64,000 nt of DNA from NCBI GenBank assembly GCA_043228905.1, contig JBHGNT010000022.1, positions 12,719,930-12,783,929 on the forward strand, in the 5' to 3' direction. This document shows positions 1-12,919 of the stretch, piece after piece. The position numbers and the translations under genes are program-made. Origin of the DNA: Azolla caroliniana (taxonomy: Eukaryota; Plantae; Polypodiophyta). The notes below the pieces were generated by a model. The model had not been told where the DNA came from and made no database searches. It saw nothing but the letters and a program-made list of their open reading frames with translations. How positions within the stretch are numbered: the first letter of the stretch is position 1; each line of letters starts with the position of its first letter.

Positions 1-3000
1 CAAGGCCATAATGATCAGCCGAATCAAGGGCGTAACTCCCACCAGTGGCAAGCGGATAGGAACGGGCCCATAGAGCTTGGCAGACGGGGGAGTCATAATG
101 CCGGACCGAGCAATTGCCGAAACCAAGTCGAGTGCAGGTACTGCGGAAAACCCGACCACTACAAAGAAGAGTGCCAAAAGAAGAAACGTGAGGCAGGCCG
201 ACAACTCACGAACTACGCAACAAATTCTGACTACGGCGATCGTGGCGGAATGTTCGTAATGAGGCATAAAGCACACTCAATGTCCGCATAGGCTTCAACT
301 AGCGCCCCCGCCTCAAATCTCGGGTGCGTCCAACCATATGACGTCTCATGAAGATTGGTTCCGGTAACTGCGTAAACCCGATCAGCCCGGATATGTCGAG
401 ACTGGCGATGACACGACTCATTCAATACAACATATCGGGAATGTCCCATTTAGAAATGACGGGGACCAAACTTACCTCAAGAACGTCTTGCATGTCCCAA
501 CAATCATGAAGAACCTGATCTCAGTAGGTCGGATTGTCAAACAGGGAATGCAAGTACGATTCAAGAATGATGGTCGTTTTATCGAAAAAGGCGATCGAAT
601 CGTAGCCCACGACCGTCGTGAAGGCCGTATGTTCATCCTCAAGTCGAGCGAGGTAAAGTCGGCCATGTACACAAAGGGCCAGAAAGTCGAAACTTACTTG
701 AAATTGTCGCACAAGAGGATTGGCCACATTAATCTCCAGAAGCTTCAGAACATGCAGACGAAAGGAATCGTAATCGGACTTCCGAACTTTACGGCAAAGC
801 AGATCACGGGTGGGCCAATTCGGAAAGCAACATCGTCACCCATTCTCTAAGGAGCGGAATGCGAGCAAAGGGATCCTTGATGTAATACATTTAGATGTGT
901 GGGGACCAGCCCAAATGGCTACCTTCAGCGGATGCCGTTATTATGTCACGTTCATCGACGACTTCTCCAGGAACACCTGGATCTACCCGATGAGACAGAA
1001 GAGCGAAGTGTTCAGACACTTCCAGAAGTTCAAAGCCGAAATAGAAAAAGCTTTGAGCCGTCATGTATGCTTCCTTCGATCAGACGGAGGTAAAGAATAC
1101 TTTTCGAATGAGTTCACGGAGTATCTCCAAAAAGAAGGAATCCAACGAGAGTTCTCGTGCCGATATACGCCTCAGCAAAACGGCGTAGGAGAGCAGAAAA
1201 ATAGGCACATAGTCGAAGTCGCGCGAGCTATGATGAATGAGAAGAACTTGCCAAAATCATATTGGGTAGAAGCGGCAAATACGGCCGTATACCTCATGAA
1301 TAGGTGCACAACCTCAGGAGTACACGACATAACTCCGCATGAGAAGTTTTTCGGGAAGAAGCCGAACTTATCGCATGTCTGCATTTTCGGCTCAATCGCC
1401 TATGTACACATTCCTGAAGATATGCGGCAAAAGCTCGATCCAAAGTCGGAGAAATGTATCCTCGTGGGATACTTGCTCGAACAAAAGGGGTACAAATGCT
1501 ACAACCCATCTACCCGAAAAGTTTGCATCAGTCGAGACGTAGTCTTCGACGAGTCTGCATCCTAGTACGCACCAGAGAATACTTCGACTTCGCTCGACGC
1601 GGATGACACCGAAATAAGAATAGAAGCCAAGGATCGGCTCACGCAGATGTTCGAAGACAGCCCAACTACGACACGGCTGAGTGGACCGCAAGAGCCCCCA
1701 AGTGATAAAAGCACATTTCGGCCAAGTCCAAAGCTAGACAAAGGCAAGGCGAAAATGCAAGAATACGAAGATCATTTCGATCTTGACAGTGAGTTCGAAG
1801 GCCTGGACATTCACACAGACGGCGTGAAGAAACCTCTAGAGTTCGCAAACGACAAGCGACACCGATCTACGTGTGAGAAGAACCCCGTAAACCGTTATGA
1901 CTATGATGAGTACTTAGCGTATCATTACGCCTTCATGATGAAGGTAGCGTCAGTACGGGAGCCAGAAACGCTTTCTAAAAACGTGAAGGATCCGCGATGG
2001 GTTAATGCGATGAATGAGGAAATGGAAGCATTATGTAAAAACGAGACATGGGATCTCGTTCCTCATCCCCCGAACAAGAAACCGATCGGCTGTAGGTGGA
2101 TTTACAAAGTGAAACATAATGATGACGGCTCTATAAATCGCTTCAAAGCACGACTCGTTGCAAAAGGATACGCTCAAACACACGGTGTAGACTACGAAGA
2201 GACCTTTGCCCCAGTGGCAAAGATGACCACAGTACGAACCATAATTGCACTCGCCGCAGCGAAAGGGTGGCACCTCCACCAAATGGACGTGAAAAACGCC
2301 TTCCTTCAAGGAGAGCTAGAAGAAGAAGTGTATATGATACAACCACCCGGATTCAAATCGCGTAAACATCCGCACACCATATGCCGACTCAAGAAGCCAC
2401 TTTATGGCCTCAAACAAGCACCACATGCTTGGCATTCGAAGATCACGCAGTATCTTCATTAAGTCGGATTTTGGATGTCAAAATCCGACACTTCCCTATA
2501 CATCCGAAACGAGTCGAATAGCCCGACAATCATCATCTTGTACGTGGATGATTTGGTCATCGGAGGAAAGGATCTCGCCGAGATTAACAAAGTTAAATCA
2601 CTTCTTTTCAGTAGATTCGAAATGAAAGACCTGCACGAACTTCATTACTTCCTAAGTATTGAAGTCATTCGGACACCAATTGGGATAATGATCTCACAAC
2701 GGCACTACGTCCTCAACTTACTGTACAAATTCGGAATGACAGAGTGCAAACCTGTGACTACCCCTCTTGATCGCAATCTCAAGATTGATGCCAGTTCCGG
2801 CACGGCCGAGACTGAACCGACTCAGTATTGCCAATTGATCAGTAGCTTGATCTATCTCACCATTACACGACCTGACCTAAGTTATTTGGTCGGCCTACTT
2901 AGCTAATTCATGCAGAATCCACGAAACCTTCATCTTGATTGTGCTAAGAGGATACTACGGCATGTCAGTACGACAATGGATCACAACATCTTATATAAGT

Positions 3001-3583
3001 CGAATACGACTGTTCGACTCGGAGGTACACAGACGCGGACTGGGCAGGATGCAAAGCAGATAGACGATCCACGTCCGGATTCGTCTTCTCCCTCGGCAAC
3101 GGAGCGATCTCCTAGAGCAGCAAGAAACAACTGACAGTCGCACTGTCGAGCACAGAAGCCGAATACAGGGGTGCGGTAGTCGCCGCATGTGAAGCCATAT
3201 GGCTTAAGCGCGTACTGAAGGATCTAGTCGTTCCCATCAAAGATCCAATACGCATGTACTGCGACAACATGAGCAGTATCTACTTGACGCGCAACCCCAT
3301 ATTTCACGCGCAGACAAAACACATCGAAGTGCACTACCACTTCATCCGCGAGCGCGTCTAGGTCGGAGAAATCGATCTCCAACATATCAGCACGCACCTC
3401 TAGGTTGCTGATATATTTACAAAGGCCTTGGGAGTAGATAAGCTCGAGCAATTCGCATCGGATCGTGGTCTCATGCCGCCTACATTGCCGAGCTTGAGGG
3501 GGAGTACGAAGAGTATGCATTGATACGCAGATATGTACGCCGAACATCAAACCGAACAGATGGAAGTTGTGTTCGAAGGGGCG
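1..3583 (+). mobile_element. Ty1/Copia LTR retrotransposon internal region (gag end, protease remnant, integrase, RT, RNase H), pseudogenised; 5' part lies outside the window
   Basis: Gag zinc knuckle ECRYCGKPDHYKEECQ at ~130-180. GAG-pre-integrase HKRIGHIN; integrase DVWGP...FIDDFSR...RSDGGKEY...TPQQNG (810-1565); [37 protein letters not shown] (1647-2906); RNase H remnants LSSTEAEY, YCDN, KHIEVHYHF, ADIFTK to ~3430. Integrase-before-RT order is Copia. Several in-frame stops and small deletions. Confidence 0.96.
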
Positions 3584-3762
3584 TGTTGAGAATCAAACTC
3601 AACTTCTCATAGGTTCACACTAGCCCATGGACATACCAGGCTAGTTTTGTAAATAGTAGAAAGGGCGCTTTCCCTAGTTTAGTTGGTATATAAACCAACT
3701 CATTGTAACTTAGTTGTTGTTGGAAGTCTTATGTAATATACAGTTTGATTATCTCTGTCTTG

Positions 3763-3797
<35 letters not shown>

Positions 3798-6031
3798 ACC
3801 GATGAAAAAGATCCGGACCAATTTGGGAAGTTACTCCTACAAATGTGCAATAGTACCGGATTGCTTAATATTGTAAATGGTATTTCCTTATGGCCCAACA
3901 CTAATGGTTTTACATGTAGAAAACACAACGGAAATAGTGTGATTGACTATGTGCTACTTTCCGATGGTATTTTGGATCGTATACATAAATTTTCACTTGG
4001 TGAATGGACACCGGAATCCGATCATAGGCCTTTATGTATTGATCTCAAATGTATGCATAGGTTTGATTGTGAGAAGGCTATTGAAGATAATAAACAACCG
4101 CACTTGAGCATGAACCTTAAGCGAGCACCCATGTATTCCAAGATGGTTGAGGATATGTTAGAAATGATAAAGATACAACATGGTGCCACACTAGAATGCA
4201 AATGGGAAGCTTTCAAGAAAGTCAAATGTTTTTTGACCAACCGCACATCTTGGAAATGCACCAAGAAACTTAGGAAAAAATGGTTTGATAAAGAATGTCG
4301 TGAAGCTCGAAAGTGCCTTATGGTTTTGGATGTAGTTAAGGATAAAGAGAATTACCAAAAACATTTGCATGAGTATAAAAGGCTTATTCAAAGAAAGAGA
4401 AGAATATGGGAAGTTACTCAACAATTTATACAAACCCAAGAGAAAGCACATGCATGTGCTAAATTTTGGGGAAATTTGAAGGGAAAACGTGTTGAGAGTT
4501 ATGGTGACTTAAGGTGCCAAGTGAATATATGCTTGCAATTTCCCGAATTTATGAGAAGGTTATATGTTGTGTGCGCATGAGAGATAAACTTTCAGATTTT
4601 TTCAAAAGCACTATTGGTGTTAAGCAAGGATGCCCACTCTCACCAACACTATTTGGTCTATGCATTGATGAATTGGAAGAAATGGTTACCAAGTTTGCAA
4701 AGGAAGAATGTGTTGAAGAAGTTGCATTGGGAATGTTGTGATTATGCTTTTGCTATATGCAGATGATGTAGTGCTTTTTGCAAATACTTTAGGAGATGCA
4801 CAAAAGCTTATGAAGGCATTGGAAAAATTTTGCATGCATACTAAATTTAGTGTCAATAGCTCTAAAACAAAGATTATGCTTGTGAAGAGCCAAAAAAGAG
4901 ATAAACCATGCATTATGTACAACAATGAGCCACTTGAATGTGTGGAAAGCTTCAAATATCTTGGCCTTGAAGTTCCTTCAAATCATAGATGGAATGAATG
5001 TGCTACACGCCGCTTAGAGGCGGGCAAGCGAGCATACTATGCATTTGAGAACACATGCAATCTTGGAGATATTAAGTGTTGGGTCCTTAAGAAATATCTT
5101 TTCGACACTTTGGTGACATTGGTTCTTCTCTATGGGGTGGAAGTATGGGGCGGTAGCATCCCTAAATCTATGTGGAAAGAGTTTGAAAATGTCCAAAAGC
5201 ATTTTCTTACCAAGTTTCTACAAGTTAAGAAACAAACGCCCTACACTCTCCTCCTCCTTGAGACGGGATCGCTTCCCATTGAGATCATGGCCATGGAAAG
5301 GGTTGTTGAATACATGCTTAAGGTTCAAAAAAGTCCCTCACATCGACTTCCTAGAATTGCATGGGAAGCAAGCAAAAAGATCCAAAAGACGCATAAAAGC
5401 AAAATTTTGTGTTCCGGTTGGATGCAAGATATAGAAAAATGGTTTGGTAGATGGGATGCGAGACACTTGCTTCATGATGCATCATTAGATTCCTTTGTAA
5501 ATGAGGCATTTTTGCAATGCCAATGTATCATGACATGGGACAAATGTGGAGGCTCACGCTTCACACATTATACTACACATGTTGCACGTAATTACAAAAC
5601 CATATTCTTTGCGGAACGGGGAAATCGTACACATCCATACATGTTAGAGCCCATACCGTTATCTGCCATTCGAACCATTGCTTCCATGCGACTTAGCTCA
5701 CATGCATTGCGATGTGAAACAGGGCGTTGGGGTACAAGTGATGAGAGTGGTCGGCTATGCACACTTTGCCCTAAACAAGTTCGTGAGTCTGAGTATCACA
5801 CTTTGTTACAATGCTTTGCCTTTGATCATATTCGACCATGCTTTCCACATCTCTTCGATCAAGCCCAATCTTTGCATGAATTCCTCTCACAACCACAATG
5901 TGTACTCTCGATTGCAATATTCATTGGTAAAGTTCTTGAACATCGAGAGTCACTACTCACTTTCACACGTATCACGTGAAATGTAATATTTTTGGTCTCA
6001 TAGGTCATATTTGACCTCCGAAGACAATAAT

Positions 6032-6087
<56 letters not shown>

Positions 6088-6160
6088 TTGCTACACACAC
6101 CCACACATAGTCTCTCATCTTCTGCTGCATTGCAATCACCACAGACTCCATTTCTTAACA
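3584..6160 (+). repeat. Copia 3' LTR (about 3584-3795 plus 6037-6160), interrupted by a LINE
   Basis: Purine tract GAAGGGGCG (3575-3583) is followed by TGTTGAGAAT. TATA-like GGTATATAAAC at ~3685. After the LINE the sequence ends TTTCTTAACA at 6160, an imperfect inverted repeat of the start (TG...CA). Confidence 0.75.
3796..6036 (+). mobile_element. 5'-truncated, internally deleted non-LTR retrotransposon (RTE/RTEX-like LINE)
   Basis: APE endonuclease C-terminus (SVIDYVLLS, SDHRPL); RT motifs GVKQGCPLSPTLF, LLYADD, FKYLG; C-terminal RLSSHALRCETGRW...CTLC...H...C zinc finger; ORF stops at 5979. Near 4512 the sequence jumps from the linker into mid-RT. Flanked on both sides by (CT)n. Clade call is from motif recall. 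Confidence 0.9.
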
Positions 6161-6360
6161 CCCAAAGACGAACCTAAGTGTGAGAATTGCGTCTCGGGCC
6201 GATTCAGATTGCGCACTGAAAAGCATTTGATAGATTCCGCGAATCGGAGGCAGAGCATCATGGCAGAGCGTGTGATGATGGCTTAGACTCCCCCAACCCA
6301 GGACTTGTTCAGGGAAATTGCACACAATCAAGTAGTAGTCTTGTTACATGTTGCCCCCCA
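6161..6360 (-). mobile_element. Possible Gypsy-type LTR start plus PPT (host of the Copia insertion)
   Basis: Minus strand reads TGGGGGGCAACA (PPT-like, 6349-6360) immediately followed by TGTAACA at 6348. The GC-richer segment ends at the Copia LTR boundary. No coding evidence. Confidence 0.3.
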
Positions 6361-7114
6361 ATGTCTCTTGGCTCATATAAAAAATGATTGGCAAATGAGT
6401 TGTATGGAAGCAATTATTCGAATAATAGACAACGACCATAGGCTCTAACAGGTACTACGCTCTCTTCATCACATGTAGCACAATCCATCCAATCTATGAT
6501 TTGGAAAAACATCAAGGTCAAGGTAGTCGAAGCTTTCCAGTATTTCAAGTGGCTCATTATTGTACATAGTACATTGTTTATTATTGTTTTGGCTCTAATA
6601 CACATAATCTTCAGTTTAGAGCTATTGACAATCTACATATTGTGCATACAAAATTCTTACAATGCCCAAGTGTTTCAAGAAGCACCACAATACGTGTTTA
6701 TGACAAACACATGATGACCATGTCCCAATTGCAACTTCTTCAATGCCACTTCCTTTACAACCTTCGCAAACAATTATTTGGATTCTCACTTACCACCAAT
6801 ATTGCTATTGAAAGAATTTGAAATTCCTTTACCCATACACACCATACTATTGATAAATTAGTCAGTCGGTTTTCAAACAAATTCATAGATTTTGAATATT
6901 AACGTAAGAAAATACTTATGGGTTGTTAGGGTTATCTATTTTAATTTTAGTGGTTCTCAACATGTCATGTCAATATATGCTGGGGAATTCCAATCCATAC
7001 TAAAAGATATTTGCAAATTTTAAAAATATGCACAACATTTTAGGAATTTTTGAGTAAAATTTGGGGCATTGTGGTAATCATCCCTACAATTTAAGACCAC
7101 CATACTTGCATGGA

Positions 7115-10100
7115 TTTTTCTTTTCTTTTCTTTTTTCCAAAATGAAGCTACTTTCCCATTAGTTAGGTAGGATTATTACAAAGAGACTATACAAGGAGGC
7201 TTCAACATAGATCGGGGAATCTCCCTCTAATCAAGTTCAAGAAATTGAGACTAGTTACATCACCTTTCGAACTGACTACTTAGTGTAAGTACCTACAGCT
7301 AAAACAGTGCCCTGCAATGATGGCTAGTACGAGACAACTCTTGGGGTCGACAACAAAGGGAGGGTGGTAAGTGAGCCAGAAACAGCCTGCGTGGGGGCTG
7401 GTAGTTCCACCTCGGGCCACTTCGTCCTTGTGTCATCATAGGCGTGTTTCGCCATTTCTGCCAAAAGCGCAAGCGGGCAGTACCCACGTCAGAGGAATGG
7501 TTGCAAACCTTGTCCAATTGCCCTTGTAGGCAGCTAATAAGCGCAAGCCATATGTCCATGATCACTTTCTTCGAGGGTTGCACCAGATCCTAGAAGACCT
7601 TTAGGCAACGTGCTTTCCATACGTACCACAGGGTGAAGCTTGCGATCAACATCCAAATGTCCAGGAACCTAGGGGATGCGGACTGCAAGCCTCTCTTAAA
7701 TCGAATCTTGGCGATTTTTCCCCTCATGCATACATAGCACCAACTATCCGCATTGAAGGCGTCTGTCCACCTATCAACAGAGTGATCAAGCCATGCCGCA
7801 ACACTCCACGATGTTGTTCCTTCCACTTCACATGCCGCAAGGAGGCGAGTCACTCTATCCCATACCTTTTGAGCATGAGGGCAATCCCACAGACAATGCC
7901 TCAGAGTCTCAATAGGTGAATGGCAAAGTGTGCAGCCTAACGGGCCGCCACATTTACCTAGCCATTCGCCAACGGGAACCACATTATGACTGATTTGCCA
8001 CCAAAAAAACTTTATCTTTTCCGGCAAGTGGAGACGCTAGAGACCCTTCCAAAAGGTAATGAGCACCTCATCAGGGATGCCCAATGTACGCTAGCCATTG
8101 AGTAAGGGGCCGTCTAGTTGCAGTTGAAAAGCCCGACCCAGTTTAGTGTTGTACTCGAAGAAATGGTGAAATCTGCCATCATGGTTCCACCTGAAATCCC
8201 CTGGGTCCCATTCTAGTTCGACAAGGGTACGACAACCATATACCCATAACTTCCAATGGGGTTCCACCTTAGCAACATCCGGGTCTATCTTCCAGATGTT
8301 ACCAACTTGCGCCACCACGCGGATAGGGTGCCAAGAGCCCCTACATTGACTCTCCCCAAAAATCCTATCTCTTCCCAATCCGCTCACGCACTTCAACACC
8401 TTAACCCTTCCAGCCTCATCAAAGAGACCAAACCAAGCATCTTCTCTCATCTCCCCCATCAGAACCCTATCAACTGCCTCACCTAGCAATCTCCGCATTT
8501 TCATGGCTCCCTTGAGGGGAGGGAATGGGACCTTCTGGGCTCCTCCTAAAGCCAATGTGTGTCTCCAATCATCCAAATAGTGAACCCCTGTTTGCGTAAG
8601 CTTTCCCCATGCTAGGCCCTTAAGCTGGCCTAACATCATGTCGTCACTTGTTCGCACCTGAGGGTTCCAAAATAATGGTTGTCTAGACCACTTGGTTAGT
8701 GTCTTCGGCGTGTGCTTGACCAAATGATGTCGTACATGACACCATGCCCGTAGGATGGAGTTCGTGACCCTATCCTCCGAAAGACAAGCCATCTTGGGTG
8801 GGACGCCGCTCGTGCAACACCAATTCAAGGAGTCAAGCCAAGGCCTACCATACTTGGGAGTCCCTGCCTGCAACCTATTGCGAAGTAGAACCTTCCAACA
8901 CCCCTTACCTAGCAGGAGGCTGCGAACCACCATTTTGGCCAGCAATGCTCGGCTCTACATTAAGGGGTCTATGAGGCCAAATCCCCCTTTGGCCCGCGGT
9001 TGTGTTAACCAATCCATGACACTCTTGCGGCAGCCATCGGGTTGTCCTTTCCTGACCATATAAACCCTCTAATGGCAGCCTTAACCGCGCGCAAGCCTGA
9101 AGGGTCCATAATCCAGCACGAGACTGAGTGCCCTACCAGCAAAGGATAGTTTAGACCTGCTCCATTCGTTCAACTTCTTGCTTAGTTTGGCTTGCACATG
9201 TGACAATTGCGCTCCCTTGGGGATTGCCCTCCCCATTGTAAATCCGAGGTACTTGAATGTCGTCCCATCAAGGACCCATGCAAATCAACATGGGGATGCC
9301 ACCTCGGCTTCTCTTGTTTGCTAAACCAGAGGCCTTGTGTTTTATCCCAATTGATCTTGGCACCGACAGCCTGACAAAAGTCATCAACAAGATGTTCAGC
9401 TCGCTGCAAATTTGCATCATCGCCCTCCAAAAAAAGGACCGTATCATCGGCATATTCAGATAACAAAAGATCCTCAGTCACATTTGGGATGGGCAATCCC
9501 CTTAGTCCACTGCTTGGTGCTTGAAAGTAGGCTGAGAAAGCCTCGGTTACAAAGAGATAGAGATATGGGGCTAGGGGACAACCTTGCCTCACTGAGCGAT
9601 GTAGTTGGAAGGCGGGGCCCCTTGCACCAGATACCAACATGCTACTGGTAGCAGTCCGATAGAGTGCAGAAGTGCAATTCCTCCATTGCGGGGGAAGGCC
9701 CATAGCTCTCATCACGCTTTCCAAAAAGGGCCATAACACCCTGTCGTAGGCCTTCTCAAAGTCTAACATCAGAATAGCCGAGCTCGATGCGTTGCGATCT
9801 GCCAATGCCATAACTTCCCAAAGAAGCAACACATTATCAAAGATACACCTACCCCTAATAAACCCTATTTGATTCTCATGTATGATGTCTGGTAGGAAGC
9901 TTGCTATCCGCCTAGCTAGAACTTTTGCGAGTATCTTGTATATCGTGTTAAGGATCGTGATTGGACGCCATTAGCGCAGCTCGAGGCTTCGCCCTGCCGC
10001 TTTAGGGATGAGATAGATCATCCCCTCCGCCAGTCCAATTGGCATCGCTCCTAAGGACAAAATCTCTTGAATCCTGGCTTCCTTTGATGGGATAACGATT

Positions 10101-11360
10101 TCCCAATGAATCTCGTGAGAGACCATCAGGGTCGGGGCATGCTCCTCTCCGCAAATCCCGAAGTGCCTCCGAGAGTTCTAATCGAGAAATGGGGCTATCG
10201 AGCACAACTTCCATCTCATGGTGACCTTGGGGTGAATGCAAGCCATCACTCTCTCAGCCAGCTCCGTGTTTTGCTGCATATGCACATGTGCGAGCAGGTC
10301 GCGATAGTATTGGGTTGCCATATGCAGAATCTCATCCTTGTCCTCCGTTATTGAGCCGTTTGGTTTGCGTGGCCCTTGTATATGTCCACCACCACCCTTG
10401 GGTGCCCTGGAGTGAAAGAAATGACGGTTGATCTTGTCAACTGTTCTAGCCCACCCTGTTACGGCCCTGTGAAATAACATGCGGTTCTTCTCCAACGTCC
10501 TTTCCCGCAGCTTCAACTTTGCTTCCTCCATCTTAGCTCTAGACCAATGCAACTAGGGTCTGCTTGTAGCATTCATTGTGCGGCCGCAACGAACTTCCGT
10601 AATTTTGTTTCAATGGCTCTAGCCTAATGGAGGGTCAGCTTGGTTTCCTGTTGTAAAAAGGAGGAGAGAGCCAGTTTCTTCTGCAAATCCTCACTAGCCG
10701 ATTCACTTACAATGGTCTCCCGCCATATGCTCTGCAACCCTGCTTTCACCTTTGCACTCTTCATGATCTTTGTGGGGATTTTCATAGTAAGACTCCCCTT
10801 GCTACCGCGGGGTGGGTTAAGGTCTAGTCTCATCGGGTGGTGATCCGAGAAGGTAAGACCTGCCAAGATAGCGAAGGAGCCCCCCAACTCTTCAAGGGAC
10901 GAGCTGATGTATATGCGGTCTAGCCACGCAAGACTACCACCCCTAGCATTCACTGCAGCTCGAGAGAAGTGTAGCGAATGTGAGCATCTCCTAAGGGAAG
11001 AGCCCCATGTATCCTTCACCCCAATTTTCCCAATTAAGAAAGCCCATGAGTCCAACTCCACACCATGAAGCGGTATTTGGGTCCCCCTTTTCCTATCTCC
11101 CAGATGCTCAGTCATGTTGAAATCTCCGGCCATTACCCACACCTCTGCTTCCGACAATGTTGTCGCTAACCTCCTCCAAAAGATTGCTCTCTCGAGGGAA
11201 GAGTTAGGGGCATAAATGTTTAGCACCCCAATCTGAAGGCGATTCCACTTCAACAGCACATATAAGGCTCTACCCTGCTACCAACGTGCCATGTGATGTT
11301 ACTTCGTAACGAGCCTGATCGCTAATGGAGGGAGATGCAAGACCCCTCCTCTTCGGTGGA
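7115..11360 (-). mobile_element. L1-clade LINE ORF2 relic (endonuclease, RT, zf-RVT), frameshifted and 5'-truncated
   Basis: Endonuclease NIYAPN, AGDFN, LDRIY, SDHHP (10624-11259); RT WRPITILN, LDFEKAYDRV, VRQGCPLAPYL, YADDT (9182-9980); zf-RVT CTLC...H CLWDC and LWYVWKAR (7590-8027); (GAAAA)n-like 3' tail near 7115-7138. Confidence 0.93.
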
Positions 11361-12919
11361 TTGAATTAACCATTGCATTGCCTCTATAGGTTTTCAAAAC
11401 ATAGTTCACCACTACATTTAAAACAAAGCGGTAGTGCATCACATCACTTAGTGATTTGCATTACAATGAAATATATCCCTTTCCAAGTCCTACGATGGAT
11501 ATCTATATTCAAGTCACAACTATATTCAAGTGCTTGGAGTGCACAAGCTTGGCCATGGTTGTTGGCTATTACGATCCTCAATGTGCTCCACCTATCAACA
11601 ATTTCATTAGCATGACTTCACAAGACACGTGCTACCTATGCATGAACTACTCATGGAGGTTTCTCATGCTTGGAGTTGGTGCATTGTTATGGCAGTGAAC
11701 ATTTCGGAGGCCCATCACAAATGTCGATGGGCTATTGGTCAACTAATACTTCACGTAGGCCTCTATTGTATGCTTTCTTCAGCATTAGCATATAGTTCAA
11801 GATCATGTGAATTTTCTAGTTAATCTTTGCCCGAATATCAAAGCCATCACAATGCTGAAATGTATGAAATATACTTGTTAATGGTGATTTTTCCAACACT
11901 AACCATGAAACTCAATATCTTTATCAATTATGTCATCTGCTATGGCACATCCACTGTCTAAGTCACATAATCATATGAGAAAACACAACTTAATATATCA
12001 AAAATAAAATGATTGTAGACAATTGCTCATATAGGATCTGCTGCTTTATATCATCATACTGAGTTTATAAAGAACCAATGGTTTCCATTTTACTCCAGAT
12101 TTATCAAGTATTCCACCGGTGAGCTTCATGCCAGCTAAAAGCACTTGAATATAGACATTTTGAGGTTTATATGCATTTAACATAAGACATGATTCTGATA
12201 CATCCATATAAAAAAGTTAAGAAAAAGCTTCACAATGTCCGATTGACTGTGCCTTAATAAAAGAAATGTGAATAAAATTTGTATTAATGTTATGAAACAG
12301 TCAATGGTTTATCCATGTAGCACTATCTTTGTTTCTCTATAATTATGAACAATGTCATAAATAGCTTTTTGAGTACACCACAATAAACGTGATGATCCAA
12401 ATATAATTTCATGTATACAACTTGGCTATTTCTATAGCCTATTTGAGATTATCACATACAGGTATATATATATTGTATCTTATAATGGAGCATGACTCCA
12501 TGTAAACTACAAAGACTAACATAGTAATAAATGAAAACAAACAATTTTGGTATATAATATTAGTGCCCATGGACATAGTAATCTTTAAGAGTTAACTGTG
12601 TAATCAATCACAAATAATTACCAACTTTGATTTTGATATCATACAACACAGGTTGAGATCCTCCAAATAACACTGCCCCTGCCAAAACAAAACGAAAAAA
12701 GAGAATAAGAAAATGTTTACCTTTCAATATAAAAAAAGAAGGAAATGTTGATCTGCATCCACACCTATTACCATGCAGGTAAATTTCACATATTTTTGGT
12801 CCTTCAAATTTGATGTAGACACTTGGCTTCAGTAGAGTGATGTGTTAATATATTCGATCAATATGTTGATGTATTATGTAGAGAAAAGAATAACAATCTG
12901 GTAGGACAAAATTTTAGAG

